Source of the DNA: Planctomycetaceae bacterium
Lineage (GTDB): Bacteria > Planctomycetota > Planctomycetia > Pirellulales > Pirellulaceae
Assembly: GCA_024638965.1 (NCBI GenBank)
Contig: JAHEJI010000288.1
Span: forward strand, 2,995 to 66,994
Direction: 5' to 3'
Length of the DNA: 64,000 nucleotides
The position numbers were made by a program, and so were the translations under genes. The number at the start of each line of letters is the position of its first letter. Positions within the stretch are counted from its first letter, which is position 1. The notes under the pieces were generated by a model, which did not search any database, was not told the origin of the DNA, and saw only the letters and a list, made by a program, of their open reading frames with translations. Shown here one piece after another: positions 1 through 9,594 of the stretch.

Positions 1-25
1 AAAGAATTTACAGGATTGCAGCAAG

Positions 26-1780
26 GTGAAGGATCTCGCATCGAAACATACCGTGACTCCAGTGATTGGAAAACCAACGGAACTTCTAGACGCGCTATGG
101 AATTTTCAAAATACCCATGGTTACATTCGGGACCAGGATGTTGAAGCCATCAGTGAAGCTTTGGGGGTAGCTAAAATCGAAATCGAAGGCGTGATTTCCT
201 TTTATCACTTCTTTCATCGCAAACCGTGTGGCGAGTTCAGGATTTACTTGAATAACAGCATGGTCTCGCAATGCAAAGGGTTTGCTCGTGTCAAAGCGGC
301 CTTTGAGCGGGAAACGGGAGCGACAATGGGAAATCTCGATCCCAGCGGACAATTCGGGCTTTACGAAACGGCCTGTATTGGCCTGAGTGACCAAGAGCCC
401 GCGGCGTTGATCAATTTTTTTCCGTTTACGCATCTTAACGGCCTGAAGGTCAAAGAGATTGTCGCAGCACTCCGGCGCGGCACGCCCGTTGAGTCGCTGG
501 CCGACGAAGTTCCCAATCAACTGCGCTCGATACCCGGCAACGATAAAGCGATTATCTTTCGGGATTACCAGCAGGGGGCGGCGGTAACAAAACTAAAGGA
601 GCGAAGCCCGGATTCAATCATCGCGGAATTGACGGCATCCAAACTGGCTGGCATGGGCGGGGCATTCTTCCCGACCGGAATAAAGTGGGGTTTCTGCCAG
701 CAGCAACCGAGCTTGACCAAGTTTGTCGTTTGTAACGCCGACGAAGGCGAACCGGGGACGTTCAAAGACCGCGTGCTGATGAACGCCAGGCCTGGTTTAA
801 TGATCGAAGGCATGATTATCGCCGGGTACGCGATCGGCGCGTCCGAAGGAATTATCTACCTCCGCGCCGAGTACACCTGGCTGAAGGAGAGGATCGACGA
901 CGTAGTCAATGAATTTCGTCAACGTCATCTGCTGGGTAAAGACGTGGCAGGCATTGAGGGCTTCGATTTTGACATTCGAATTCAGCTGGGCGCTGGAGCC
1001 TACGTTTGCGGCGAGGAAACGGCCCTGTTGAATTCGCTCGAAGGCAAGCGGGGCGAACCACGTGCCAAACGGTTTTATCCGACCGAAAAGGGTTTTCTGG
1101 ATCAGCCGACCGTTGTTAACAACGTGGAAACGTTTTGTATGGCCGCAAGGGTGGTGGAATTGGGAGCCGACTTCTATCGGCAAACAGGGACGGAATCATC
1201 TCCTGGAACGAAACTACTGAGTGTTTCCGGTGATTGCCGATTACCGGGTATTTATGAAGTCGAATGGGGCACCCCGGTCTCCGAAATTCTCGAAAAATGT
1301 CAGGCGGAAGATCCTTTTTACGTGCAAGTCAGCGGGCCGTCGGGTCAGTGCATTTCCGCAGCTGAGTTTGATCGAAAGTTCGCCTTGGATGATCTTCGTT
1401 GCGGTGGCTCGTTGATGATTTTTAATCGTGGTCGGGACATTCTGAGCATCCTCGAGAACTTTGCGGAATTCTTCAAGCAAGAATCCTGCGGCGTTTGCAC
1501 ACCCTGTAGGGCTGGAAACTTTATTGTCCAGCGAAAATTGGAAAAAATCGGACGCAAGCTTGCGTCGCCAGCCGACTTTGAAGAGCTCAAATCATGGGGA
1601 AAAATTATGCACGTGACCAGCCGCTGCGGCTTGGGGGCCTCGGCGACCAACTCTTTGGCCATGGCGATTGAAAAATTCCCAGAGTATTTCAAAACCAAGA
1701 TGAACGAAGATCAACACGGGATTCGAAAAGACTTTGATCTGGAAGCCGCGATTCGGGAGTATGACACCTATGGCAGTTAA
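26..1780 (+). CDS. hoxF: NAD-reducing [NiFe] hydrogenase diaphorase flavoprotein subunit (NuoE/NuoF-like fused, HoxF)
   Basis: GMGGAFFPTGIKW, CNADEGEPGTFKDR, GAGAYVCGEETALLNSLEG and ESCGVCTPCR...CGLG motifs; first gene of a hox-like operon; GTG start. Confidence 0.9.
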   Translation: MKDLASKHTVTPVIGKPTELLDALWNFQNTHGYIRDQDVEAISEALGVAKIEIEGVISFYHFFHRKPCGEFRIYLNNSMVSQCKGFARVKAAFERETGATMGNLDPSGQFGLYETACIGLSDQEPAALINFFPFTHLNGLKVKEIVAALRRGTPVESLADEVPNQLRSIPGNDKAIIFRDYQQGAAVTKLKERSPDSIIAELTASKLAGMGGAFFPTGIKWGFCQQQPSLTKFVVCNADEGEPGTFKDRVLMNARPGLMIEGMIIAGYAIGASEGIIYLRAEYTWLKERIDDVVNEFRQRHLLGKDVAGIEGFDFDIRIQLGAGAYVCGEETALLNSLEGKRGEPRAKRFYPTEKGFLDQPTVVNNVETFCMAARVVELGADFYRQTGTESSPGTKLLSVSGDCRLPGIYEVEWGTPVSEILEKCQAEDPFYVQVSGPSGQCISAAEFDRKFALDDLRCGGSLMIFNRGRDILSILENFAEFFKQESCGVCTPCRAGNFIVQRKLEKIGRKLASPADFEELKSWGKIMHVTSRCGLGASATNSLAMAIEKFPEYFKTKMNEDQHGIRKDFDLEAAIREYDTYGS

Positions 1781-1839
1781 GTACTCGGGTTTCTAACGCC
1801 GTTGCGGAGAATACAGATCACATTACAGGCAAATGCAGC

Positions 1840-3114
1840 ATGTCCGATAAAGTAAATATTACCATCGATGGTAAACAAGTCAGTGCAGAGACTGGAACGA
1901 ACCTGGTCAAGGTTGCACATGCCAATGGATTTTTCATCCCTTCGCTTTGCTACTATGATCATATTGATCCTCCACTGGGTACCTGCCGCGTCTGCACTTG
2001 CAAAATCGACGGACATATCCGACAAGCCTGCACGGAGCAGGTCCATGACGGCATGGAAGTCGAGATCAATACCGACGAGCTGGCCGATATCCGTCAAGCC
2101 ATCGTCGAGATGATGTTTTCCGAAGGCAATCATTTCTGTCCCGGTTGCCAGAAAAGCGGAAACTGCGACTTACAGCATTTGGGATATGAAATGGGGCTCA
2201 GTCATCTGCGTTTCCCCCATCTTTTCAAAAACGAATTGATTGACTTCGAGCCCAAGCGAATGATCCTCGAGCATAATCGCTGCGTAAAATGTGCTCGCTG
2301 CGTCGTCGAAGTCTTAACCGACGATCAGAAACAGGTGTTTTCGTTTTGCAATCGGGGCAATGAAACGGTGGTCGGTATCGACTATGACGAGGAAGCCAAA
2401 TTAACAGACGAACAGGCAGCCGAGGCGATGCACTTGTGTCCCACCGGTGCCATCATCGTCAGGGGGCTCTCCTACGTGGAGCCCTTTGGAGAACGGAAAT
2501 TCGATCTGCATTCGGTCAATCCACGGCGCCAGGATGAACCCCAAAAGTCCGAACGGCCTCCTGGACCGCGAAAGAAAAAAACGGTTGCGACGATTTCGCT
2601 GGCCGGCTGTTTTGGCTGCCACATGTCGATGCTGGACAATGACCTGAAACTGTTCGAAGTCATGGAGTTGATCGAGTTTAATAAATCACCCTTGAATGAC
2701 ATCAAGGAGTTTACCCAACAGTGTGACCTGGGATTGATCGAAGGCGGCTGCTGTAATTCGGACAATGTTGAGGTCTTGAGAGAGTTTAGACGCAGTTGCG
2801 ATATCCTTGTCTGTGTCGGCGAATGTGCCATCTGGGGAGGTCTACCCGCCATGCGGAATTTGATCCCCTTACGCGAATGCCTGGAAGAAGCCTACCTTAA
2901 TGGCATCACCATCGATCCCGGTGAGGCTGTCGTTCCGTACGACGAAGACCTGCCAAAAATTCTCGACAAGGTCTACGCGTGCAACGAAGTCGTTCATATC
3001 GATCACTATATTCCGGGTTGTCCGCCAAACGCTGATCACATTTGGAAGACGGTTTCCAACCTGTTGTGGGGCGATCAGTATTCGATTCTCTATTCCGATT
3101 TCAAGTACGACTAG
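1840..3114 (+). CDS. hoxUY: Fused HoxU (Fe-S diaphorase subunit) and HoxY (hydrogenase small subunit)
   Basis: N-half: GTCRVC, HFCPGCQKSGNCDLQ, CVKCARC, CPTGA (HoxU/NuoG N-term). C-half: ATISLAGCFGCHMS, EGGC, GECAIWGG, IPGCPP (HoxY). One uninterrupted 424-aa ORF. Confidence 0.88.
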   Translation: MSDKVNITIDGKQVSAETGTNLVKVAHANGFFIPSLCYYDHIDPPLGTCRVCTCKIDGHIRQACTEQVHDGMEVEINTDELADIRQAIVEMMFSEGNHFCPGCQKSGNCDLQHLGYEMGLSHLRFPHLFKNELIDFEPKRMILEHNRCVKCARCVVEVLTDDQKQVFSFCNRGNETVVGIDYDEEAKLTDEQAAEAMHLCPTGAIIVRGLSYVEPFGERKFDLHSVNPRRQDEPQKSERPPGPRKKKTVATISLAGCFGCHMSMLDNDLKLFEVMELIEFNKSPLNDIKEFTQQCDLGLIEGGCCNSDNVEVLREFRRSCDILVCVGECAIWGGLPAMRNLIPLRECLEEAYLNGITIDPGEAVVPYDEDLPKILDKVYACNEVVHIDHYIPGCPPNADHIWKTVSNLLWGDQYSILYSDFKYD

Positions 3115-3116
3115 GT

Positions 3117-4586
3117 ATGGCTGAAACAACCAGAAAGATCACGATCGATCCAGTTACACGCGTGGAAGGGCATGGGAAAGTCACGGTCCATCTCGACGAA
3201 AAAGGAGATGTCGAGCGGGCGAATTTCCACATTGTTGAATTCCGTGGATTTGAGCGATTCGTGCAAGGACATCCTTACCGCGAGGCACCGCTGCTGGTGC
3301 AGCGATTGTGTGGGATTTGTCCCGTCAGTCACCACCTGGCGGCCGCCAAAGCGGTCGATCAAATCATTGGGTTGGACCCGGCCGATCTTTCACCGACGGC
3401 GACCAAATTGCGAAGACTATTGCATTACGCGCAGGACCTTCAGTCTCATGCAGTGCATTTCTTTTATCTTGCCTCGCCAGATCTGTTGTTTGGTATTGAT
3501 GCCGAGTTACCCACCCGCAGATTAAGCAATGTTCTCGTGGAGCACAAAGAACTTGCTCGCAAAGGCATCCTGATGCGGAAGTTTGGTCAGGAAATCATTA
3601 AGGCCATCGCCGGCAAAAAAATCCATGGCGTCGCGGCGGTTCCCGGCGGCATGCACAAAACATTTTATCCCGAAGAACGAGACTATTTCCTTCAAGAGAA
3701 CGACACGCCGTCGGTCGACACGATGATCGAGTGGTCGCAAGAAGTTGTCGAGTTTTTCAAATCCTATCACGACAAGCATTCGCAGTGGCTGGACAGTTTC
3801 GCAAGTTATCCGTCAGGGCATTTGGGCATGGTTACCGATGATGGAGCACTTGAGTTGTACGACGGGCGGATGAGAGCGATTGACAGTGAAGGCGAAACTA
3901 CTCTCGCGGACGTTCCAGGTGATGACTATCTCAAATATTTTCGCGAAGGCACCGAAAAATGGACGTATCTGAAGTTTCCATACCTCACGCATCTGGGGCG
4001 GGAAAACGGCTGGAACCGAGTCGGCCCTTTGGCGCGGCTGAACGTTTGCGATTACATCACCACGCCACTGGCCGATCAAAGGTTGACCGAGTTCAAAGCC
4101 TACACTGGCGGAAAGCCCAACAATCATACCATGCACACGCATTGGGCCCGCCTGATCGAGATGTTGTATTGTGCCGAAGCGATAAAGGGACTGCTCACCG
4201 ATGATTCGATCCTCGGGGATGACCTCCGCCGGGACACTCCAGGTCGTCGTCCGGAAGGCATTGGCGTGATCGAAGCCCCGCGAGGCACGTTGATTCACCA
4301 TTATCAAGTGGATGAAAAAGGCATGATTACCAAATGCAACTTGATCGTCTCAACGACACATAACAATGAACCGATGAATCGGGCGGTGCGATGGGTCGCA
4401 CAGAACGTTTTGCAAGCACAGAACGAGATCACCGAATCGATGCTGAATCAGGTGGAAATCGCGATCCGCGCTTATGATCCCTGCCTGAGTTGTGCCACGC
4501 ATGCGATTGGACAAATGCCACTCAAAATTTCATTGTTCGATGCTACCGGCAAACTGATTTCCGAACGTTCCAAGGGAATCGGATGA
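3117..4586 (+). CDS. hoxH: [NiFe] hydrogenase large subunit (group 3d/3c type)
   Basis: TRVEGHG, L1 RLCGICP, EAPRG, L2 RAYDPCLSCATH followed by a C-terminal extension; ATG at 3117 right after the hoxUY stop. Confidence 0.93.
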   Translation: MAETTRKITIDPVTRVEGHGKVTVHLDEKGDVERANFHIVEFRGFERFVQGHPYREAPLLVQRLCGICPVSHHLAAAKAVDQIIGLDPADLSPTATKLRRLLHYAQDLQSHAVHFFYLASPDLLFGIDAELPTRRLSNVLVEHKELARKGILMRKFGQEIIKAIAGKKIHGVAAVPGGMHKTFYPEERDYFLQENDTPSVDTMIEWSQEVVEFFKSYHDKHSQWLDSFASYPSGHLGMVTDDGALELYDGRMRAIDSEGETTLADVPGDDYLKYFREGTEKWTYLKFPYLTHLGRENGWNRVGPLARLNVCDYITTPLADQRLTEFKAYTGGKPNNHTMHTHWARLIEMLYCAEAIKGLLTDDSILGDDLRRDTPGRRPEGIGVIEAPRGTLIHHYQVDEKGMITKCNLIVSTTHNNEPMNRAVRWVAQNVLQAQNEITESMLNQVEIAIRAYDPCLSCATHAIGQMPLKISLFDATGKLISERSKGIG

Positions 4587-5086
4587 CCCGTAAGCCCGCG
4601 AGCCAACGGCGATCGGTCGCAAGACAGCCCGATGAGCTACGCGATGCCATGCTGATTGGCATCGGCAATGATGGTCGGAGCGACGACGGTCTGGGCTGGG
4701 CCTTCTTGAATGCGATCGAACATCTAAATGCGGTCCAACAAGACAGGGCATTCCACGGCCCAATCGTTTACAGGTATCAACTGCAAATCGAGGACGCGGA
4801 ATTAATTAGCCATAGCAATCACGTAGTATTTGTCGATGCCTGTCATCACGAACTGCCAAACGGGTGTCAGTGGCAAACCTGCGAGCCAGCTCACGAGGTG
4901 GAATATACAAGCCACCAATTGAGCCCACAAACGGTTTTGTTTTTGTGTCAACAGTTGTACGGCGCGTCTCCCAAAGCCGATCTGTTGTTGATTGAGGGCA
5001 GTTCCTGGGAGCTGGAAATCGGATTGTCAAAAACGGCCAAATCCAATCTCGACAGGGCTTTGCTTCAATTTTGTGGCGTTACCTGA
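4583..5086 (+). CDS. hoxW: Hydrogenase maturation protease
   Basis: IGIGNDGRSDDGLG, VVFVDA and SHQL motifs; ATGA overlap with the hoxH stop. Confidence 0.85.
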   Translation: MTRKPASQRRSVARQPDELRDAMLIGIGNDGRSDDGLGWAFLNAIEHLNAVQQDRAFHGPIVYRYQLQIEDAELISHSNHVVFVDACHHELPNGCQWQTCEPAHEVEYTSHQLSPQTVLFLCQQLYGASPKADLLLIEGSSWELEIGLSKTAKSNLDRALLQFCGVT

Positions 5087-5238
5087 GGCCAGGTTTATCT
5101 AGCATTTTTCTCGACAAAGCGCGTTTAGTCATTTGCATCCAATTGACGATATTGAACGTGGTGAGATTGACCGTTTGTGGGAGATGGTTTATCGCCTGAG
5201 ATCAGGAATGCCCGGATAACTCCGCGAGTTCATGCCGA

Positions 5239-5706
5239 TTATCGGCTGAACGGATAATCAGTCCACGCAGCGACAATATTCGCTTCCTCCTGCGTGAGCG
5301 GGTTCCAGATCGAACCCGATTTTTTCGGCATCAGTGCCGGCTTACCGTCAATTGGCAGAATCGCCAACTTGATCATTGTCGCGCCTCTCCAATCCATGGG
5401 TTGCCATTCCGCTTTTGGCGATGGCTGGTAGATCATTTTCTTGAAATTGAAGCCACCTTTCGTTTCCGCGCCGCCGTGACACAGGTGGCACTTCATTTTG
5501 AGGATTCGACTCACGTCGTCGGGCACGATGAACTCGGACGAGGCGGAGAGGGGAGCGGTAGCGACAACCAGGGATGGTTCTTGAACTAGCAACGAATTGG
5601 CGTCAGTATTGGAATAAGAGACCTCATTCGGTTGACCGCAACCAACCATCAGAAGCGCGAACGACGTAACGATCACCAATGTGCACCCGCGGAGATCGAA
5701 TCGCAT
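5239..5706 (-). CDS. Putative monoheme c-type cytochrome lipoprotein
   Basis: Lipobox-like LMVGC after a hydrophobic stretch; CHLCH heme motif; LMP distal Met-like motif. Confidence 0.7.
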   Translation of the reverse strand: MRFDLRGCTLVIVTSFALLMVGCGQPNEVSYSNTDANSLLVQEPSLVVATAPLSASSEFIVPDDVSRILKMKCHLCHGGAETKGGFNFKKMIYQPSPKAEWQPMDWRGATMIKLAILPIDGKPALMPKKSGSIWNPLTQEEANIVAAWTDYPFSR

Positions 5707-5860
5707 TTCGTTGTCCTATCTGGTTTGATGAATAGCCAAGGTTTATGGACTAATCGATTTCACTGAAATTCCGTGTAAAGCGTAGGTTCGAGAAAACGAC
5801 CCGTCAAACGATTACGGAGAGAATGTGATGAATGGTGGCGGTAAGGAGTTGCTGGGTGGC

Positions 5861-5885
5861 GGCTCGGCGGGAGCCTCGCCCTCCC
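5861..5885. repeat. REP-like palindrome (GGCTCGGCGGGAGCCTCGCCCTCCC type)
   Basis: Intergenic palindromic unit; degenerate copies at 37461-37530. Confidence 0.6.
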
Positions 5886-6126
5886 TTGGGCTCGCGTGCC
5901 GCATGGACCAGACGCTCCAAGCAACTGAGTATCCCTTGCCATCGTCTGGCGATCCAAACGAACACATCAGGACCAAGAAGACGATTGGGGCCCGCTGGCA
6001 ACGGAGGTCCCTACCACGATCGATGATCTCGTCGTTTCCGAATAAAATGGGTCCTTCGGCCCCGCGAGAAATCCAGGTGAGAGTGTATTTCCGTACCGCT
6101 GGGCGAGAGACCTTTGGCTTGGGGCC

Positions 6127-7281
6127 ATGATCGTAAGACTTCGGGACTTGATAATGCAGGACCATGCCACTCATCGCCAAAAGCTTATCGAGGACATTTT
6201 CGCCAAACTCCAACCTATCGAACAAGCTGTGGCCGACGGTTCACCCCGCCGATCGGGCCGCTACATCGACGGAGGCGACTGGTTGGTCCAGCCCGGTTTT
6301 GCCCTTGCATGCCTGCGGAAACGACTTCGGCGGCCGAGCCACCAGCCAATTCTGTCGGGGGTGTCGGTGAAGGGTCTGGTTCGCCTATGTCAGTCGTTCT
6401 TGCGCTGCGGCACATTTCTATTTGACTCGCGTGCCGCTGCGGTGAACGTCCGCCAGCGTGTTGGCAGCTACGTAATTCGGTCGTTCTATCCGTACACGAG
6501 CCAGCCTGCAACCATAAAAGCTTCCTCACCCGGTCACTCCCGGCTCGCAGTGGAGGTTGAGAACCGGCGCATCGTGGAAGACATACGCCATCTCCGCACT
6601 CCCAAGGTTATCGCGACGGATTTCGACGCCCCCTGCCCGTTTCTGATGGAAGAATTCGTCTCTGGTCGAATTGTATTTCGACGCAGAGATCACACTCTGT
6701 TGAGTCAAACGTTGCTGCCGAGTTTGCAGCGTCACTACGCGACGTTTGGCGTTTCGTCTGGGCCGATCAAGTCCTGTTTCGGCAGCGACGTCCGCGAGAG
6801 GGTCGAACAAGCTGCCGCGCTGCTGTCGTGGGACCAACGCTGGCGAGATCGGCGGCAGTTCTTGTCTGTGGTCGGTCGATTGGCCGACTCCGAACGACAA
6901 TTTACGATAAGTTTTTGCCACGGCGATCTGAGTGTCGGCCACGTGGCCGTGTCCGATGATGGGCAAATTTTCCTGCTCGACTGGGATTGTGCAGGCGTTG
7001 AGCCGATCGCCTATGATCTTGCCAAAATCGAGAGAACGTGCCGGATGAATCAAATCAGGCTTTACGAGGAGTGCACAAGTCTATTGAATGAAGTATCGCT
7101 GCCGGTCAAATCAAACGATCTCTTCTCGCCCGCGGAACAGATGTTCCTGGCATCTCTGCGAGAAATTCTCGTCTGGGAGCGTTATCACTCTCTGTACGAA
7201 GCTCAAGGTAGCGATCCCACAGCGAAATTGACGAAGGCGTTCGGCGACGCCAACGAGTTGCTGAAGTACATCCCAGACTAG
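6127..7281 (+). CDS. Aminoglycoside phosphotransferase/choline kinase-like protein
   Basis: LMEEFVSG, Brenner-like CHGDLSVGHV, LLDWD, YDLA motifs; start could be 6154. Confidence 0.7.
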   Translation: MIVRLRDLIMQDHATHRQKLIEDIFAKLQPIEQAVADGSPRRSGRYIDGGDWLVQPGFALACLRKRLRRPSHQPILSGVSVKGLVRLCQSFLRCGTFLFDSRAAAVNVRQRVGSYVIRSFYPYTSQPATIKASSPGHSRLAVEVENRRIVEDIRHLRTPKVIATDFDAPCPFLMEEFVSGRIVFRRRDHTLLSQTLLPSLQRHYATFGVSSGPIKSCFGSDVRERVEQAAALLSWDQRWRDRRQFLSVVGRLADSERQFTISFCHGDLSVGHVAVSDDGQIFLLDWDCAGVEPIAYDLAKIERTCRMNQIRLYEECTSLLNEVSLPVKSNDLFSPAEQMFLASLREILVWERYHSLYEAQGSDPTAKLTKAFGDANELLKYIPD

Positions 7282-7483
7282 ATGGACCAGGACTTTTCAC
7301 AGTTACGCCGTAACCACCCCTCATCGCGGCGACTGCGAAGCTTGAGATTAGTGTTTAAAAGGAGTGGAACAACCAACCATGACAAAAGCGACGCGTGTTC
7401 CAACGAGCGATGCAAGTGACGCCCCACCGGCTCCTATGCAACCAGGTTTGCTTGAGAAAACACGGGTTGGGCTGATCCGATTG

Positions 7484-7501
7484 TGTAGGATTTGAGCTAC
7501 A
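7484..7501. promoter_or_regulatory. Palindromic 18-bp box TGTAG-N8-CTACA, candidate NarL/UvrY-type response regulator site
   Basis: tgtag gatttgag ctaca; related box at 10309-10326; similar in length and ends to the GacA/UvrY box TGTAAG-N6-CTTACA. Confidence 0.45.
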
Positions 7502-7830
7502 AGAAAGTTGCGATGGGAGCGACAGTGATGCCTCGCCAAATCAATCATGATAAATGTTTGACTTGGACCATTTTGGTGGAGGTAATTGTTTCGCACCATA
7601 AACAATTACACGACAACTTGGAGATCGGTTACGCGGTTCCCGTAATTTTGGTATTCGCCATAAACGTTGGGTGGCTGCTGGCAATGTATATTGCCCTCTC
7701 GCCTTGAAATGGCCGATTCCTATGACTTGATGACCGGCAAAGGTCACCGGTATGCCTTCTCCGAGCTCACTCGGGACTCGAGTAGAATGTAGGCTTAAGC
7801 CCTTTTCCGCCACTCGTCGTCGGTCGTTTG

Positions 7831-9594
7831 ATGAATTCCGAAACCCAACATCCGTTAAGTGCCTTGTCGATTGCCAAGCGACAACTGGTGATTTTGCTTT
7901 GCTTCACTGCATTGTTTGGATCAATCGTCTTGGTGCTTTATTTTCAAGATCGGCGCCAGGAGTGGCGTCTGCACCAAGAAGAGGCGACCCATCGTCTTAA
8001 TCTGGCCTATGAAGTGATCTCCAAAGAGTTGAATCGAGTGCGCTCGGACGCATTGTTTCTGGCGGAGCTTAGCCAACTTCGTCAATACGCTACCGGTGAC
8101 CAGACCAACCGGCAGTTACTAGAGAGCGCATTTAGCAGCTTCGTCAATCGAAAACGGAGCTACGATCAAATTCGCCTTCTGGAATTGTCCGGAATGGAGC
8201 TAGCCCGAGTCGATTTCTCGAAAAACGAGGTTCGGATTGTCCCTCCCGACCAGATGCAAGACAAAAGCAACCGGTATTACTTTCAGGAATCCTTAAACTT
8301 GACCTGTGGTGAAATCTTCGTATCGGAATTTGATTTGAACCAGGAACGCGGAGAGATTGAACAGCCCATCAATCCGGTCATCCGTTTCGTTACACCAGTC
8401 TGCGATGACAACTCAACAAGCCGCGGTTTATTGGTGTTGAACTATTTGGGCGCTCGATTGCTCAACGAACTGGCGGCAATTTCTATTCCGGGCGACACAC
8501 TGCTGTTGAGAAATGACGGCAATTATTTGCTCAGCCCTGATGTCAATGACCGCTGGGGATGGCTACTTGGACATCATCGAACCTTTTCGGACAATCATTC
8601 TGACGCGTGGCCGCATGTCCTTTTGGCAGATGGCACTTGTCTACTAACGGACGACGGTGTCTTTGCTTCACGTCAACTGACCCTCGGAACGCATTACGGC
8701 CGCGCCAAGCCACAAGAAACGGAAACAGAGCGTTATGACCTTCTGATCGCTTCCCATTTGCCCCGACTCCAAGTATACGCCACTTCCAATCAACTGTTGA
8801 AGCGATTGCTCTTTTTCGGGGGTATTCTCTTCATCCCTTTGTTTTTTCTGACGCGTTATTGGGCAATTACTTCGGTACGGCGTCAACAGCAAAATCAGCG
8901 CATTCAAGATTCCGAAGTCCGCTTACGCGAGCTGTCTACCCGTCTGCTCAAAATCCAAGAAGACGAACGCCGCGCTATATCGAGAGAGATTCATGACGAA
9001 TTAGGACAACAGGCGACGGCCATCAATTTGGACTTAAAATTGGCCGCGCGCGCGTGGAACTCGAATGAGCCCCAGGATCATCTGCAACGAGCCATCAAGG
9101 AAAACGAACAATTACTGCATTCGTTACACGATTTCGCCAAACGCGTCCGGCCAAGCACATTGGATGATTTGGGCCTGATTGATGCCGTCGAAGGATATGT
9201 TTCGGAATTTCAGAATCGGACGGGAATCGAGGTCCAAATGAACGCCTCGTTGGATGGCGCGCGGATCCCGCCTGCAGTGTCCGAAAACGCTTTTCGACTG
9301 GTGCAGGAATTATTGACCAACGTGGTCAAGCATGCGGATGCGAAACAGGTCGAGATTAAGCTGAACGTCAACGACGAAGGTTCGAACCCGTTTTTTGAGC
9401 TTCTGGTTGCGGATGACGGTGTCGGGCAGGTGGAAAGCGAAGTGAACGAGTCGCGACTCGGGATCTTGGGGATGCGCGAACGGGTCGACTTATTGCGGGG
9501 GAAGCTTGAAATCGATTCGACCGCGCACCAGGGCACGGCAGTGAAAGTCCGAATCCCACTAGCCGAGGAAACATCCACGAACGACAATGGCTGA
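7831..9594 (+). CDS. Membrane sensor histidine kinase (Cache-like sensor, HisKA_3, HATPase)
   Basis: Two TM segments around a periplasmic domain (YDQIRLL, DKSNRYYF); ERRAISREIHDELGQ, QELLTNVVKHA, DDGVG, LGILGMRER. Confidence 0.92.
   Translation: MNSETQHPLSALSIAKRQLVILLCFTALFGSIVLVLYFQDRRQEWRLHQEEATHRLNLAYEVISKELNRVRSDALFLAELSQLRQYATGDQTNRQLLESAFSSFVNRKRSYDQIRLLELSGMELARVDFSKNEVRIVPPDQMQDKSNRYYFQESLNLTCGEIFVSEFDLNQERGEIEQPINPVIRFVTPVCDDNSTSRGLLVLNYLGARLLNELAAISIPGDTLLLRNDGNYLLSPDVNDRWGWLLGHHRTFSDNHSDAWPHVLLADGTCLLTDDGVFASRQLTLGTHYGRAKPQETETERYDLLIASHLPRLQVYATSNQLLKRLLFFGGILFIPLFFLTRYWAITSVRRQQQNQRIQDSEVRLRELSTRLLKIQEDERRAISREIHDELGQQATAINLDLKLAARAWNSNEPQDHLQRAIKENEQLLHSLHDFAKRVRPSTLDDLGLIDAVEGYVSEFQNRTGIEVQMNASLDGARIPPAVSENAFRLVQELLTNVVKHADAKQVEIKLNVNDEGSNPFFELLVADDGVGQVESEVNESRLGILGMRERVDLLRGKLEIDSTAHQGTAVKVRIPLAEETSTNDNG

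Noticed and set aside
26-3114. Respiratory complex I nuoEFG or formate dehydrogenase
   Set aside because: Followed by a NiFe large subunit with both CxxC motifs and a maturation protease; no membrane nuo genes or molybdopterin domain.
5760-6130. Short overlapping ORFs upstream of the kinase
   Set aside because: They include REP-derived translation (GSAGASPS) and lack domain signal.
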